Source: a virus (taxonomy: Duplodnaviria; Caudoviricetes). Taken from it: a stretch of 64,000 nucleotides of DNA. The position numbers were made by a program, and so were the translations under genes. Below, in pieces: positions 37,681-46,650 of this stretch. The stretch spans positions 1 through 64,000 of IMG/VR virus record IMGVR_UViG_3300005662_000036, one strand, 5' to 3'. The notes beneath the pieces are model-generated. The model saw only the letters and a program-made list of their open reading frames with translations. It made no database searches and was not told the DNA's origin. Positions within the stretch are counted from its first letter, which is position 1; every line of letters starts with the position of its first letter.

Positions 37681-39690
37681 ATGCCTGCATGCCAACATAC
37701 AATAAAAATCTCACCAAGCGAATGCATGGGAGATTCTTTAGAAAAGATCAATCATAATTTTGTAAATTTAGACAGATCATTGTGTTCACAACCTGTATTA
37801 ACAGACAATGTTGGTTCCGAAATTACCACCTTTGTTACAGAACAAATGAAAAACACAGTTAGTGTGTTGCCTACAACTCCCTTTGTTTATAACACTTATG
37901 TTGATTCAGTTGATGGAGGAGCAATTAATACATCTCTTTTGTTACCAGATGGTACAAATATAAAATCTACAAAACTCCCTTACAATAATTTGTTTGCCAG
38001 CGTCAAACCAACGATTAGTTTTTCTACAGTAGCATTAACAAACGAGCCACCAACAGTCACTTTGTATTGGTTAGCACCAGGATCAAACACAAGCACGGTG
38101 TTTGACTTAAATAGCGCAACATCCGAAACAAGCCGAGGAAGTATCTGGTTTAACGACTCAATAACAGCGTTAACAGAAGAAGGCTCAACTCTGTATGTTG
38201 GAGGTAAATTCACTCAAGTTGGTGGGACACTTTGCGAAAAATTTGCAATAATAGACAGAACAACTTCAACTGGACAGCTTCTATCAAACCCAATTCCGTT
38301 TTTAGGTACTATTGGAGAAATTAGAAAAATTATCAAAACAACAGCAACTAAAGGAATCGACACAAAAGATATATTAATTCTTGCTGGGTCATTCCAAAAT
38401 CCAGGAGCAAGAGGTCGAGGGTTATTGATTTATAGTATCACCGATGATTTAGTATATCCGTTTTATGTAAACGGAGATGTTAACGCTATATTTGAAATAA
38501 ATCAAACGTTATACGTTGGCGGTTGTTTCGACTATGTTAACTATGGTACTGGAGCAGCATCAATATTTTCAGGACAAAGAGTAAATTCTAGTGGGTTTTT
38601 TGCGGTTGATTTATCTGGGCTTTTAAACGGCTTAACTAAAGGTGCTATTCTTGATATGTCGTCGTTTTTAGGACCTCACACGACAATTAATGATTTTGCT
38701 TATTTTCAAGGAATTCTTTTCTTAGGAGGAGAATTCAAAGTACTAGATGACACAGGTAATTTAATGTGTCAGAATGCTTGTTCAGTTGATGTTACAGGTA
38801 AATTATTAACTAATTGGAAGCCTATATTTAACGGTCCAGTTTTCACTTTGCATATAGATAACAATATAGGTCTAGGAGATTCTGCTTATCTTTATTTGGG
38901 TGGACTTTTTACTAAATTTTATACAAACTCGCTTTTCTATCTAAGGCCTCGACCTGAAGATTACAATCAAACGGTTTTTTATAATGCTGCTGCTATTCAA
39001 CTTACAAATGTATCTTCTTTACTTACAAATCCTAGAATTGTAGCCGATTGGAAACCTAAATTTTCGGATAAAGTCACTAGATTTGCTTCTCATGATTCTA
39101 ATCCTTCTAGTCATATTTACTGCTATACGAACTCCACCAATATAAACGATAGATCTTGTGGTTATCTAGCAGCTGTAGCTAAAGCATCCGCTTTTAATAA
39201 AGGAGAATTATTAGAAGATTGGCAAAGTGCAATTCAAGGAGCACCAGAACAAATAAATAGTTCTTTAGTTAAAAACACTTCAAATGGAAGCTTAATTGTG
39301 GGTGGAAGTTTTTCTAAAGTCGGAAAACACTTGCGATATAATTTAGCAGAAATAGGAGACACTGACAACACAGTTTATTCATCTCCCTTATCTAGTGTTT
39401 CATTTGATTTTGGAGCTCATGTGGTTACTCCAGGTACTCCATATGCGTTAAACACAACTTCCAATACAGTTCAACGGAGAACATCAACATGTTCTATTGA
39501 AAATACAATTAATGCCACAACGTTTTCTGTACCTAAAGAAGAGTTTAGAGGAGTAGCACCAGGTCAATTAATTCGTTTTTTTGTAAAACGACCAGGCAAT
39601 TCAACTTCTTATGGCTCTTTACCTTCTGTAGATGATACATTTAAAGGAGATGTTCATGTTGTTGGTTGGAAAGTAGATTTCAACAGATAA
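37681..39690 (+). CDS. tail fibre/receptor-binding protein with beta-propeller, paralog 2
   Basis: ECMGDSLEKINHNF; YVGGKF/YVGGCF/FLGGEF/YLGGLF/IVGGSF blades; RFFVKRPG...VHVVGWKVDFN. Confidence 0.65.
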   Translation: MPACQHTIKISPSECMGDSLEKINHNFVNLDRSLCSQPVLTDNVGSEITTFVTEQMKNTVSVLPTTPFVYNTYVDSVDGGAINTSLLLPDGTNIKSTKLPYNNLFASVKPTISFSTVALTNEPPTVTLYWLAPGSNTSTVFDLNSATSETSRGSIWFNDSITALTEEGSTLYVGGKFTQVGGTLCEKFAIIDRTTSTGQLLSNPIPFLGTIGEIRKIIKTTATKGIDTKDILILAGSFQNPGARGRGLLIYSITDDLVYPFYVNGDVNAIFEINQTLYVGGCFDYVNYGTGAASIFSGQRVNSSGFFAVDLSGLLNGLTKGAILDMSSFLGPHTTINDFAYFQGILFLGGEFKVLDDTGNLMCQNACSVDVTGKLLTNWKPIFNGPVFTLHIDNNIGLGDSAYLYLGGLFTKFYTNSLFYLRPRPEDYNQTVFYNAAAIQLTNVSSLLTNPRIVADWKPKFSDKVTRFASHDSNPSSHIYCYTNSTNINDRSCGYLAAVAKASAFNKGELLEDWQSAIQGAPEQINSSLVKNTSNGSLIVGGSFSKVGKHLRYNLAEIGDTDNTVYSSPLSSVSFDFGAHVVTPGTPYALNTTSNTVQRRTSTCSIENTINATTFSVPKEEFRGVAPGQLIRFFVKRPGNSTSYGSLPSVDDTFKGDVHVVGWKVDFNR

Positions 39691-39693
39691 ATA
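39688..39693 (+). promoter_or_regulatory. TAAATA late-promoter-like motif
   Basis: 5 nt before ATG 39699. Confidence 0.5.
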
Positions 39694-39698
39694 AAGTT

Positions 39699-39929
39699 AT
39701 GACATTAAACGGCATACCTATTTCAGAAGATTCTTGTATTGGAGATTCTCTTCAATATATTAATAGTGCATATGTAACACTTTCCGCAAGAGTTTTAGTA
39801 ACAACGGGTAATTTACCACCAGCGTTTGTTCCTTCTTTTATTGGTCAAGAGTATTTAGATATTGCAACGAATAAATTTTATAAAGCAGTTGGCACGACGC
39901 ACCCAACTGATTGGGTTGTTTTAAATTAA
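39699..39929 (+). CDS. minimal fibre-family protein (docking motif plus short C-terminal module)
   Basis: ATG 39699; SCIGDSLQYINS; C-terminal PSFIGQEYLDIATNKFYKAVGTTHPTDW is typical of phage fibre modules. Confidence 0.65.
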   Translation: MTLNGIPISEDSCIGDSLQYINSAYVTLSARVLVTTGNLPPAFVPSFIGQEYLDIATNKFYKAVGTTHPTDWVVLN

Positions 39930-39933
39930 CCAA

Positions 39934-40800
39934 ATGGCAATCGGAACTGGCATAACTTGCGATTTAGTACAAATAATCGATCGTAACGAGTGTATAGGTA
40001 ACAGTCTACCTACTCTTAATACTAACTTTGTTGAAATAAACAATGGCTTGTGTGAGCTAACAAATTATGCGGAGTATCTTACATCTTTAGTTGATACTGT
40101 AAGTGCCCGACTAGCATTAACAGTCAAACAACTCGTACCTGTAGGCTCTATACAAACTTTTAGTTATCAAAACGCAAACCCAGACAATTTAAATTCGGTA
40201 TTACCTTTTGGTTGGTATCCGTGTGAAGGACAAATAGTTCCAATCTCTACTCATTTAGATTTAGCAAAAGTGTTGTATATTGGCAATTCAAACAATTCAA
40301 ATCTTGATTTTGACTTTGGATACAAATGCACAGCTACGGGGGTTCGAAATATTCAAGGAATGTATATCAAGCTTCCTGATTTAAGAGGTTATTTTGTTAG
40401 AGGTCACGGAACAAATTCAGACGGTATAAAATCACATGCTTTTGGTAAAAAAATTGCCGACACATTTCAAGGTCATCATCATGATATTGATGATCCAAAA
40501 CATGCTCACACTTACACAGAACCAAACGGAGGACAAGGACACAAACATAAAGTAAAAACTGGTAATCCTGAGTGGACAATGTTAGGTTTGATTCCTTCTG
40601 ATGGTTGGTGGGTCGGCTCAGATTCTAGGTGGACAGAATATGCAACTACCGACATTGTAATAAATGACTCTAGTACAAACGTTAAAGTCTTGTCACCAAT
40701 TACGGATAAGATAAACGGAGTCCCTAGAGTTGATTTTGAAACTCGTCCGAGAAACATTGCACTTCAATTTGGAATCAAGTGGTACAACGAAATGATTTAA
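39934..40800 (+). CDS. short tail fibre, collar domain plus HxH needle tip (gp12-like), paralog A
   Basis: VPVGSIQTF...PFGWYPCEG...LPDLRGYFVRG (collar), GHHH/HAH/GHKH, ETRPRNIALQFGIK. Confidence 0.75.
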   Translation: MAIGTGITCDLVQIIDRNECIGNSLPTLNTNFVEINNGLCELTNYAEYLTSLVDTVSARLALTVKQLVPVGSIQTFSYQNANPDNLNSVLPFGWYPCEGQIVPISTHLDLAKVLYIGNSNNSNLDFDFGYKCTATGVRNIQGMYIKLPDLRGYFVRGHGTNSDGIKSHAFGKKIADTFQGHHHDIDDPKHAHTYTEPNGGQGHKHKVKTGNPEWTMLGLIPSDGWWVGSDSRWTEYATTDIVINDSSTNVKVLSPITDKINGVPRVDFETRPRNIALQFGIKWYNEMI

Positions 40801-40803
40801 TTT

Positions 40804-41685
40804 ATGTCTATAGGAACGGGATTCACTTGCGATATAATTGAGCAGATAGAAAGAAATGCCTGCCTTGGGAATGGACTGCTTACAATGAATCAAAATTTTT
40901 CTGCTATAGATTTAGCTATGTGCAAGCTAACTAATTACTACGGAACCTTTTTAAGAACCCGAGTTGTTGAATTGAGTACTAGATTAAATTTAGCAGTAAA
41001 ACAAAGAGTTCCAGTTGGAACAATACAACAATTTAGTTATATACATCAAAACACTCAAAATCTTGATGCTGTGTTACCATTTGGCTGGTATCCATGTATT
41101 GGACAAACGATATTAATATCGGACCATCAATCTTTAGCTAATGTTTTATATGTTGGTAATGCAAAAAACAATGATCCGAAATATTCTTTTGGATTTAAAT
41201 GTACGTCTACCGGCACCAGAAGCTGGAATGGACTGTACATTAAACTACCGGATTTGAGAGGATATTTTGTTAGAGGACAAGGAAAAAACTCAGATGCAAT
41301 ACAATCTGATAAGTTTGGATACAAAGCGCTAGATGCATTTCAAGGACACAAGCACGATTCAACTAATCCCACTCATAGTCACCCTTATACAGAACCAAAC
41401 GGAGGACAAGGACATCAACACAAACTAAAAAAAGGAAGACAAGATACCAGAACCAATTTCGATCCATTGTTTCCGGTTCCTTCAGACGGTTGGTGGCACG
41501 GAGATGATAAGGAAGATACAACATACGAAACAATAGACATTACTATACAACCTGCATTTACTAATGTTAAATTTACTAACCCGATTTCCGATGGTTCTAA
41601 CGGATTACCTCGAGTTGATTTTGAAACAAGGCCTAGAAACATTGCTATTCAATATGGTATTAAGTGGTATAATGATATGATATAA
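40804..41685 (+). CDS. short tail fibre, collar domain plus HxH needle tip (gp12-like), paralog B
   Basis: Same architecture as 39934-40800: LPDLRGYFVRG, GHKH/HSH/GHQH, ETRPRNIAIQYGIKWYNDMI. Confidence 0.75.
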   Translation: MSIGTGFTCDIIEQIERNACLGNGLLTMNQNFSAIDLAMCKLTNYYGTFLRTRVVELSTRLNLAVKQRVPVGTIQQFSYIHQNTQNLDAVLPFGWYPCIGQTILISDHQSLANVLYVGNAKNNDPKYSFGFKCTSTGTRSWNGLYIKLPDLRGYFVRGQGKNSDAIQSDKFGYKALDAFQGHKHDSTNPTHSHPYTEPNGGQGHQHKLKKGRQDTRTNFDPLFPVPSDGWWHGDDKEDTTYETIDITIQPAFTNVKFTNPISDGSNGLPRVDFETRPRNIAIQYGIKWYNDMI

Positions 41686-41723
41686 AAAAAGCCTCTAACA
41701 CTTAGTATTAGAGGCTTTTTTTT
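41684..41723. terminator. bidirectional rho-independent terminator
   Basis: aaaaaaa-gcctctaa-cacttagta-ttagaggc-tttttttt between convergent genes. Confidence 0.85.
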
Positions 41724-41742
41724 GTGTTTAGTTACTTTAAAT

Positions 41743-42228
41743 TTAAACCACCTTAATATCAATATCAATCGTTTCTGGTTTTACGACTGGTATGATAATA
41801 TTTAGTAGGCCATCTTTGTACGTAGAACTAATTTTTTTAGAGTTTACTTTTTCATCTAAATTAAAGGTAAGACTACCTTTTCGTCTACTGATTCCACGTT
41901 TGAGGTACGTGATTGTGTCTATTTGAGCTGTTTCTTCTTTGTCCTTGTCAATATCGATATGCAACTTGCCGTCTCTTACTTTGACATCAATGTTTTCTTT
42001 ACCAATACCAGCAAGAGCTACTTCCACTTCGTATTGTAGAACCTCTTCCTTGGAATTTCTTACTTGGATTACATTGTATGGATAAACAGCATTTGGAACA
42101 TCAAACGCTTTATCTACTTCTCCAAAGATATTGTTGAGCCAGTTGTCATTAAACAGAGCAGGTAACTGGCGATAAACCCTTTCTGTGGACGCAAAATGTC
42201 CAGGAACGTATGTTGCTAATTGTGTCAT
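41743..42228 (-). CDS. hsp20: small heat-shock protein (Hsp20/IbpA family)
   Basis: YPYNV, YEVEVALAGIGKENIDVKVRDGKLHI, YLKRGISRR, STYKDGLLNIIIP. Confidence 0.9.
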   Translation of the reverse strand: MTQLATYVPGHFASTERVYRQLPALFNDNWLNNIFGEVDKAFDVPNAVYPYNVIQVRNSKEEVLQYEVEVALAGIGKENIDVKVRDGKLHIDIDKDKEETAQIDTITYLKRGISRRKGSLTFNLDEKVNSKKISSTYKDGLLNIIIPVVKPETIDIDIKVV

Positions 42229-42289
42229 AATTTTATTAATCTATGTTTGTTATTGTGCTGGCCACGTAATTGTGCACCAGGACAAATTT

Positions 42290-42295
42290 TATTTA
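42290..42295 (-). promoter_or_regulatory. TAAATA motif upstream of hsp20 (with TTGAAA 18 nt upstream)
   Basis: - strand TAAATA at 42295-42290, followed by a 61-nt leader containing a hairpin. Confidence 0.4.
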
Positions 42296-42315
42296 TCTTT
42301 TAATTGTATTTTTTT

Positions 42316-43407
42316 TCAACTAAAATATAGTCCACCATCAATTTCAAGAGGATCGACTGTTGTTAAAAATATATCAGTTAAGTTTTGAGAGCCAGAAAGA
42401 ATGGGTCCGAGAGAGCTCAACCCTTCTGTCGTAATAAAGCCACTTGAACTTTCAAGTATATTGTTTGGAAATGTTATACTGCCGTCTGTATTCAGTTGTA
42501 ATGTGTGAGGACCTGAAACAAGTCTATCTGAAACTCCCCCACCTCCTCCTGTAGTTAGTAAATTACTTATATCAACTCCTGCTGATAAAATTCTCCCAGT
42601 AACGTTGAGATCGCCGTTCATTGTTCCTCCTGCTGCATACTGAACAGCGTTGGTTCCACCTCCTCCGCCTCCAGTAAAGCTATATTGAGCTATTTGTTCT
42701 TTAAATCTATTAATTTCTAATGCAACTTGTTCCGCAACTAATTTCTTTACAGTGTCGCGCATTTTTGATTTTTTTTTCTGTTTATTTGCATAAACAGAAC
42801 CGGTCGCAGTTAAGTTTTTTAAATAATCATTAACTTTGTTGGTTTGAGCCGGCTCGCCGTTTGTGGGTTGATTATCTTGTAATGGTGGAAGTTGTTGTTC
42901 TTCTTTTAACAGAGACTCTTCTTTTAACAGAGACTCTTCTTTTAAGGGAGACTCTTTTCTTAAACTACAAAGCAACGTAGTGAGAAAAGAGCTAAACGGA
43001 TCAGATTTTGAGGTTTCTTCAAGTGCTTCTTCTAATACTTCCTCAACAACGGTTTCTATAGTTTCGTTGATTTCATCTGTGACTTCCGTATCGCTTGATT
43101 CGTGTTGAATTTCTTTTTGTTGATTGCTTTTTATAGCGTTTAACATGTTTACAAGAAACTCATCAAACGGATCAGACGTAATGTCTTCTTTCGTTTGAAT
43201 TTCAGTGTTGAGCAAAGTAGCTGTTTTTTCTTTCTGTTGTTGATCAGCTTTTATATTTTCTTTAAGAATTGTTAGAAACTTAGCAAAAGAGTCCGTATTA
43301 TTGTTGATCGCTTCAGTATTAGAGATTGTTGGCTGTGCACAAGATTTTTGCATAACCATCTCGCATGCTTCTTCTAAAGAAAACGTTTGAATATCTTTCT
43401 TAATCAC
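42316..43407 (-). CDS. hypothetical late protein: acidic helical N-terminus plus fibre-like C-terminus
   Basis: GTG start 8 nt after a - strand TAAATA (43421-43416). Three D[SP]FxxFL helices; GGGGGGTNAVQYAAGGTMNGDLNV and LQLNTDGSITFP resemble fibre motifs. Confidence 0.6.
   Translation of the reverse strand: MIKKDIQTFSLEEACEMVMQKSCAQPTISNTEAINNNTDSFAKFLTILKENIKADQQQKEKTATLLNTEIQTKEDITSDPFDEFLVNMLNAIKSNQQKEIQHESSDTEVTDEINETIETVVEEVLEEALEETSKSDPFSSFLTTLLCSLRKESPLKEESLLKEESLLKEEQQLPPLQDNQPTNGEPAQTNKVNDYLKNLTATGSVYANKQKKKSKMRDTVKKLVAEQVALEINRFKEQIAQYSFTGGGGGGTNAVQYAAGGTMNGDLNVTGRILSAGVDISNLLTTGGGGGVSDRLVSGPHTLQLNTDGSITFPNNILESSSGFITTEGLSSLGPILSGSQNLTDIFLTTVDPLEIDGGLYFS
42901..42954 (-). repeat. 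18-bp tandem repeat x3 (KEESLL-type)
   Basis: ttcttttaacagagactc twice plus ttcttttaagggagactc. Confidence 0.85.
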
Positions 43408-43424
43408 GATAGCTTTATTTATTA

Positions 43425-43457
43425 AAAACCCTCTAGGTTGGTAGCCTAGAGGGTTTT
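43425..43457 (-). terminator. rho-independent terminator
   Basis: aaaaccctctagg-ttggtag-cctagagggtttt, 13-bp stem with U-tract on the - strand, downstream of 43478-43702. Confidence 0.85.
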
Positions 43458-43477
43458 CGGGTTCGACTCATTGTATG

Positions 43478-43702
43478 TTAAAGACCTTTGTCTTCAACAA
43501 ATTGATAGAGCTCTTCAGCTCTTTTAAGAATGTCTGCTGTCTTTGGAAAAAGACTGTCAATGACTTCTGTTGACGGATTAATCATATGTCCTTTTGCATC
43601 ATATGTACGATGTTTATTGAGTTTTTCAATAAACCTCATACTTTCATCGGAATGAGCCATTTGCAGTACATCCAAGCGAATTTCGTAAGCGTTTTTAGGC
43701 AT
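43478..43702 (-). CDS. small conserved T4-like phage hypothetical protein
   Basis: MPKNAYEIRLDVLQMAH...ADILKRAEELYQFVE resembles a small family I recall from T4-like phages; SD-like GAAAGGA upstream. Confidence 0.7.
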   Translation of the reverse strand: MPKNAYEIRLDVLQMAHSDESMRFIEKLNKHRTYDAKGHMINPSTEVIDSLFPKTADILKRAEELYQFVEDKGL

Positions 43703-43758
43703 AGTGTGTGTGTTCCTTTCTAAAGCAACATGTGTGTGTTTATTGCTTTAGTTAATTA

Positions 43759-45417
43759 TCATGCCTCACAAGATTGGCAACTCATAATTGTTCTAGCAAG
43801 TTTTTGCGAAGGGTTGGACGATCTTTGATAATAAAAAGTTTTTATGCCTTGTTCCCACCCAAAAATTAACAGTTCGTTTACTTCTTTTGGTTTAGCATCG
43901 TGCGGAATCATTAAATTTAAACTTTGTGATTGATCGATGTATTTTTGTCTTTGAGCAGCTTGGATTACGATTTCTTTTTGAGAAATCTCGCCAAAAGTTT
44001 TGAACACATTTTTTTCATGATCTGATAAAAAATCAAGATGCTGAACAGAACCACCATGAGAAAGAACCGACTTCCACGTTTCATCATCATTTTTGTCTTT
44101 TTCTTTTAGCAATTGTTTGAGATACGGGTTTTTATAGGTAAATTTGCCTTTAGCAAGGTCTTTTACATAATAGCAACTATTTTCAGGCTCAATTGATGGG
44201 GATACTTGACCTAAAATAAAACTAGAAGAAGTAGTTGGAGCAACAGCTAGTGTTGTCGTATTTCTTCTTTTTTCTTTTGAATCTTTGTATATTGGAGCTT
44301 CTCCAAATTCCAAAGCTAATTGCTGAGTAGCTTTATCTGCTCTTTCTCTAATAATTTTCCAAATTTCAACGTTAAGTAGTTTAGCGTCAAATGACTCAAA
44401 TGCTATCATTTTAGATTGTAGCAAAGAGTGCCATCCGAGAACTCCAACGCCAAGAGCTCGTTGATTAATTGCGAATTTTCTAGGAGCTTCCATGAATTGC
44501 ATTCCTTCGGTTTTGTTAATAAACTCTGTCATGACTGCATCTAAGAATTGCACAAGCGTTTCTACAGCATCCGTATCTTTAATCGCGTCCCAACGTTCGA
44601 GATTTAAAGAGGAAAGATCACACACAAACGACTCATCTTCATCATTCGACAAAGCAATTTCACTACAAAGGTTTGAATTATTAATTTTTTTTCCTTTATC
44701 TTTGTAAATTTGAGGAGCACCTTTATTAACAGTGTCAGAAAACATTATATATGGATATCCGGATTCAAATCTTTTTTTGATTACTTTAGACCAAATGCTT
44801 CTTTTTTCTTTGTCTCCTTCTATCATTTCTTTCATCCATTGATCAGGAACGCAAACAGCAAAAGACATTTCTTGTATGTCATGACCTTCTGAGCGAATTT
44901 CGAGAAACTCTTCGATGTCTTTATGGTCAATTGGTAAATATGCAGCAAAAGAACCTCGACGAACATTTCCTTGAGATACAACATTCATTAGTTTGTTGTA
45001 AAGCTCCATAAAATGAACTGATCCAGTAGATTCTCCGCCGCAAGTAATTGGAGTGCCACGACCACGAATTGTTCCAAAGTATGCAGAAGTCCCACCACCA
45101 TGTTTTGTCATTATTCCTACTTCTGCTACTTTATAAAGGATCGATTCCATTGTATCAGAAATGTAAGAACCGAAACATGAAATCGGTAGACCACGCGTTC
45201 TTCCAAAATTTGACCAAATAGGCGATGACAGACTATAAAACCCAAGAGACATATAACTTGTAAATTTTTCAGCAAACCCTTGAATGTTTAAATACTTTTC
45301 AGCAGCTAAAGCAATATCTTTGATTCGCTGTTCTGCTGTTTCTCCCTCTAACAAATATCCACGCTCCAAAAACTTTCGTGAATCTTTGTTTAGCCAATAA
45401 AAATTATCTTTGTGCAT
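43759..45417 (-). CDS. nrdA: ribonucleotide reductase class I alpha subunit (short, no ATP cone)
   Basis: PISCF, KHGGGTS, SQGNVRRGSFAAYL, SNLCSEI, VCDLSSLNL, AVAPTTSSS...SIEP, KTFYYQR, C-terminal CQSC. Confidence 0.95.
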   Translation of the reverse strand: MHKDNFYWLNKDSRKFLERGYLLEGETAEQRIKDIALAAEKYLNIQGFAEKFTSYMSLGFYSLSSPIWSNFGRTRGLPISCFGSYISDTMESILYKVAEVGIMTKHGGGTSAYFGTIRGRGTPITCGGESTGSVHFMELYNKLMNVVSQGNVRRGSFAAYLPIDHKDIEEFLEIRSEGHDIQEMSFAVCVPDQWMKEMIEGDKEKRSIWSKVIKKRFESGYPYIMFSDTVNKGAPQIYKDKGKKINNSNLCSEIALSNDEDESFVCDLSSLNLERWDAIKDTDAVETLVQFLDAVMTEFINKTEGMQFMEAPRKFAINQRALGVGVLGWHSLLQSKMIAFESFDAKLLNVEIWKIIRERADKATQQLALEFGEAPIYKDSKEKRRNTTTLAVAPTTSSSFILGQVSPSIEPENSCYYVKDLAKGKFTYKNPYLKQLLKEKDKNDDETWKSVLSHGGSVQHLDFLSDHEKNVFKTFGEISQKEIVIQAAQRQKYIDQSQSLNLMIPHDAKPKEVNELLIFGWEQGIKTFYYQRSSNPSQKLARTIMSCQSCEA

Positions 45418-45428
45418 ATAGTTATAAT

Positions 45429-46421
45429 TTAGAATAAATCTTCTTCTGAAAACGATTGGTTCTTCTTAGCATAACCAACTGGCCTGCTGTGAAAAAAGTC
45501 TGTTGCGTTTTCTCCGAGCAATTCTTCATCAAACCATACTGTAGTCTTTAATAATTCTTTGTCAACGTCGAAAGCTTTTTTAAATTTAATTTGTTTAAGA
45601 GATTCATTAATTCTGTTTTTAATAAATTCTTTAAGAATAGGAGCACTTAATCCTTCTTCTTGTATGCCATTCACCATCCAATCCACAATTTTTGATTCGG
45701 AGTTAAACGCTTCTTGTGCTTCATGGAGAATTCTCTCTTCAAGCTCTTCATCGAATAATTCTGGATATTCTTTTCTAATAGTATTAATAATTTGAATACC
45801 AATCAACGCGTGTAAATTTTCTTCGTTGCGAGTGTACTTTACTTGTTGATCTGTATCTTTTAATACGTTTTTAAATCTAGCAAACCAATTCACTACGTAA
45901 AATTGCGAAAACAGAGAAACATTCTCAACAAACAATGTAAACAAGATTAAAGCGTACAAGTATTGTTTTTTAGAATCTTTATAGAATTTATGAGTGTATT
46001 TTTTGAGATATTTAACTCTGCCTTGAATCCAATCTAACTTAAGATTTTCTTCAAATACATCTTCTAATCCTAAAACAGTCAACAACCGTTCATATGCATT
46101 ATTATGAATGACTTCTGTATTGGCCATAACATAACCAAGGTCAGCAAGAGAAGGATGTGGAAGATTTTCCCCAAGTTTTGCCCAAAAAGTTTTTACAGCA
46201 ACTTCAATCTGACCGATTGCAGACAATGTGCGTATCACTATTTGTTTTTCTTGTTCAGTTAAAGTAACTTTGAAATTTTGAATGTCAGACTTAAAATTAA
46301 ATTCTTTATCTGTCCAAAATCCGTTATGAATAGCTTCTGTGTATTTTTCTGTCCATGGATACAAATTTGGCTTTCTCGAAATTTGTTCGTCGAATATTTT
46401 AAGGATTTGTTGAGTTTTCAT
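45429..46421 (-). CDS. nrdB: ribonucleotide reductase class I beta subunit
   Basis: QIEVAVK, TEVIHNNAY (ExxH plus radical Tyr), FVENVSLFSQF, RNEENLH, DFFHSRPVGY. Confidence 0.95.
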   Translation of the reverse strand: MKTQQILKIFDEQISRKPNLYPWTEKYTEAIHNGFWTDKEFNFKSDIQNFKVTLTEQEKQIVIRTLSAIGQIEVAVKTFWAKLGENLPHPSLADLGYVMANTEVIHNNAYERLLTVLGLEDVFEENLKLDWIQGRVKYLKKYTHKFYKDSKKQYLYALILFTLFVENVSLFSQFYVVNWFARFKNVLKDTDQQVKYTRNEENLHALIGIQIINTIRKEYPELFDEELEERILHEAQEAFNSESKIVDWMVNGIQEEGLSAPILKEFIKNRINESLKQIKFKKAFDVDKELLKTTVWFDEELLGENATDFFHSRPVGYAKKNQSFSEEDLF

Positions 46422-46606
46422 AATTCGTTTTGTTCATCTAGAGTTGGTTCTTTCCACCACCAAAAATTTATTTTTTCATCATACACAATGGAAAGATTCA
46501 TACATTTTTGATAAAGGTAAAATGTAAAATCAAAATTAAATCTACAAGCAATATCTCCAATTGTGTAAAAAAAGAATACGAGAAATTTATACCATGTTGT
46601 TTTCAT
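46418..46606 (-). CDS. small hypothetical protein
   Basis: 62 aa, overlaps the nrdB start by 4 nt (translational coupling). Confidence 0.55.
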   Translation of the reverse strand: MKTTWYKFLVFFFYTIGDIACRFNFDFTFYLYQKCMNLSIVYDEKINFWWWKEPTLDEQNEL

Positions 46607-46650
46607 TATTTTTGAATATAGGTCGTTCGTGGGTTTAAATTCAGGTTTTT

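Noticed and set aside
39934-41685. Diversity-generating retroelement (TR/VR) explanation for the paired fibres
   Set aside because: No reverse transcriptase in the window, both copies are full genes, and the differences I compared are not confined to adenines.
43759-46421. Introns, inteins or homing endonucleases in nrdA/nrdB
   Set aside because: Both ORFs are continuous, of compact length, and show no insertion or HNH/LAGLIDADG motifs.
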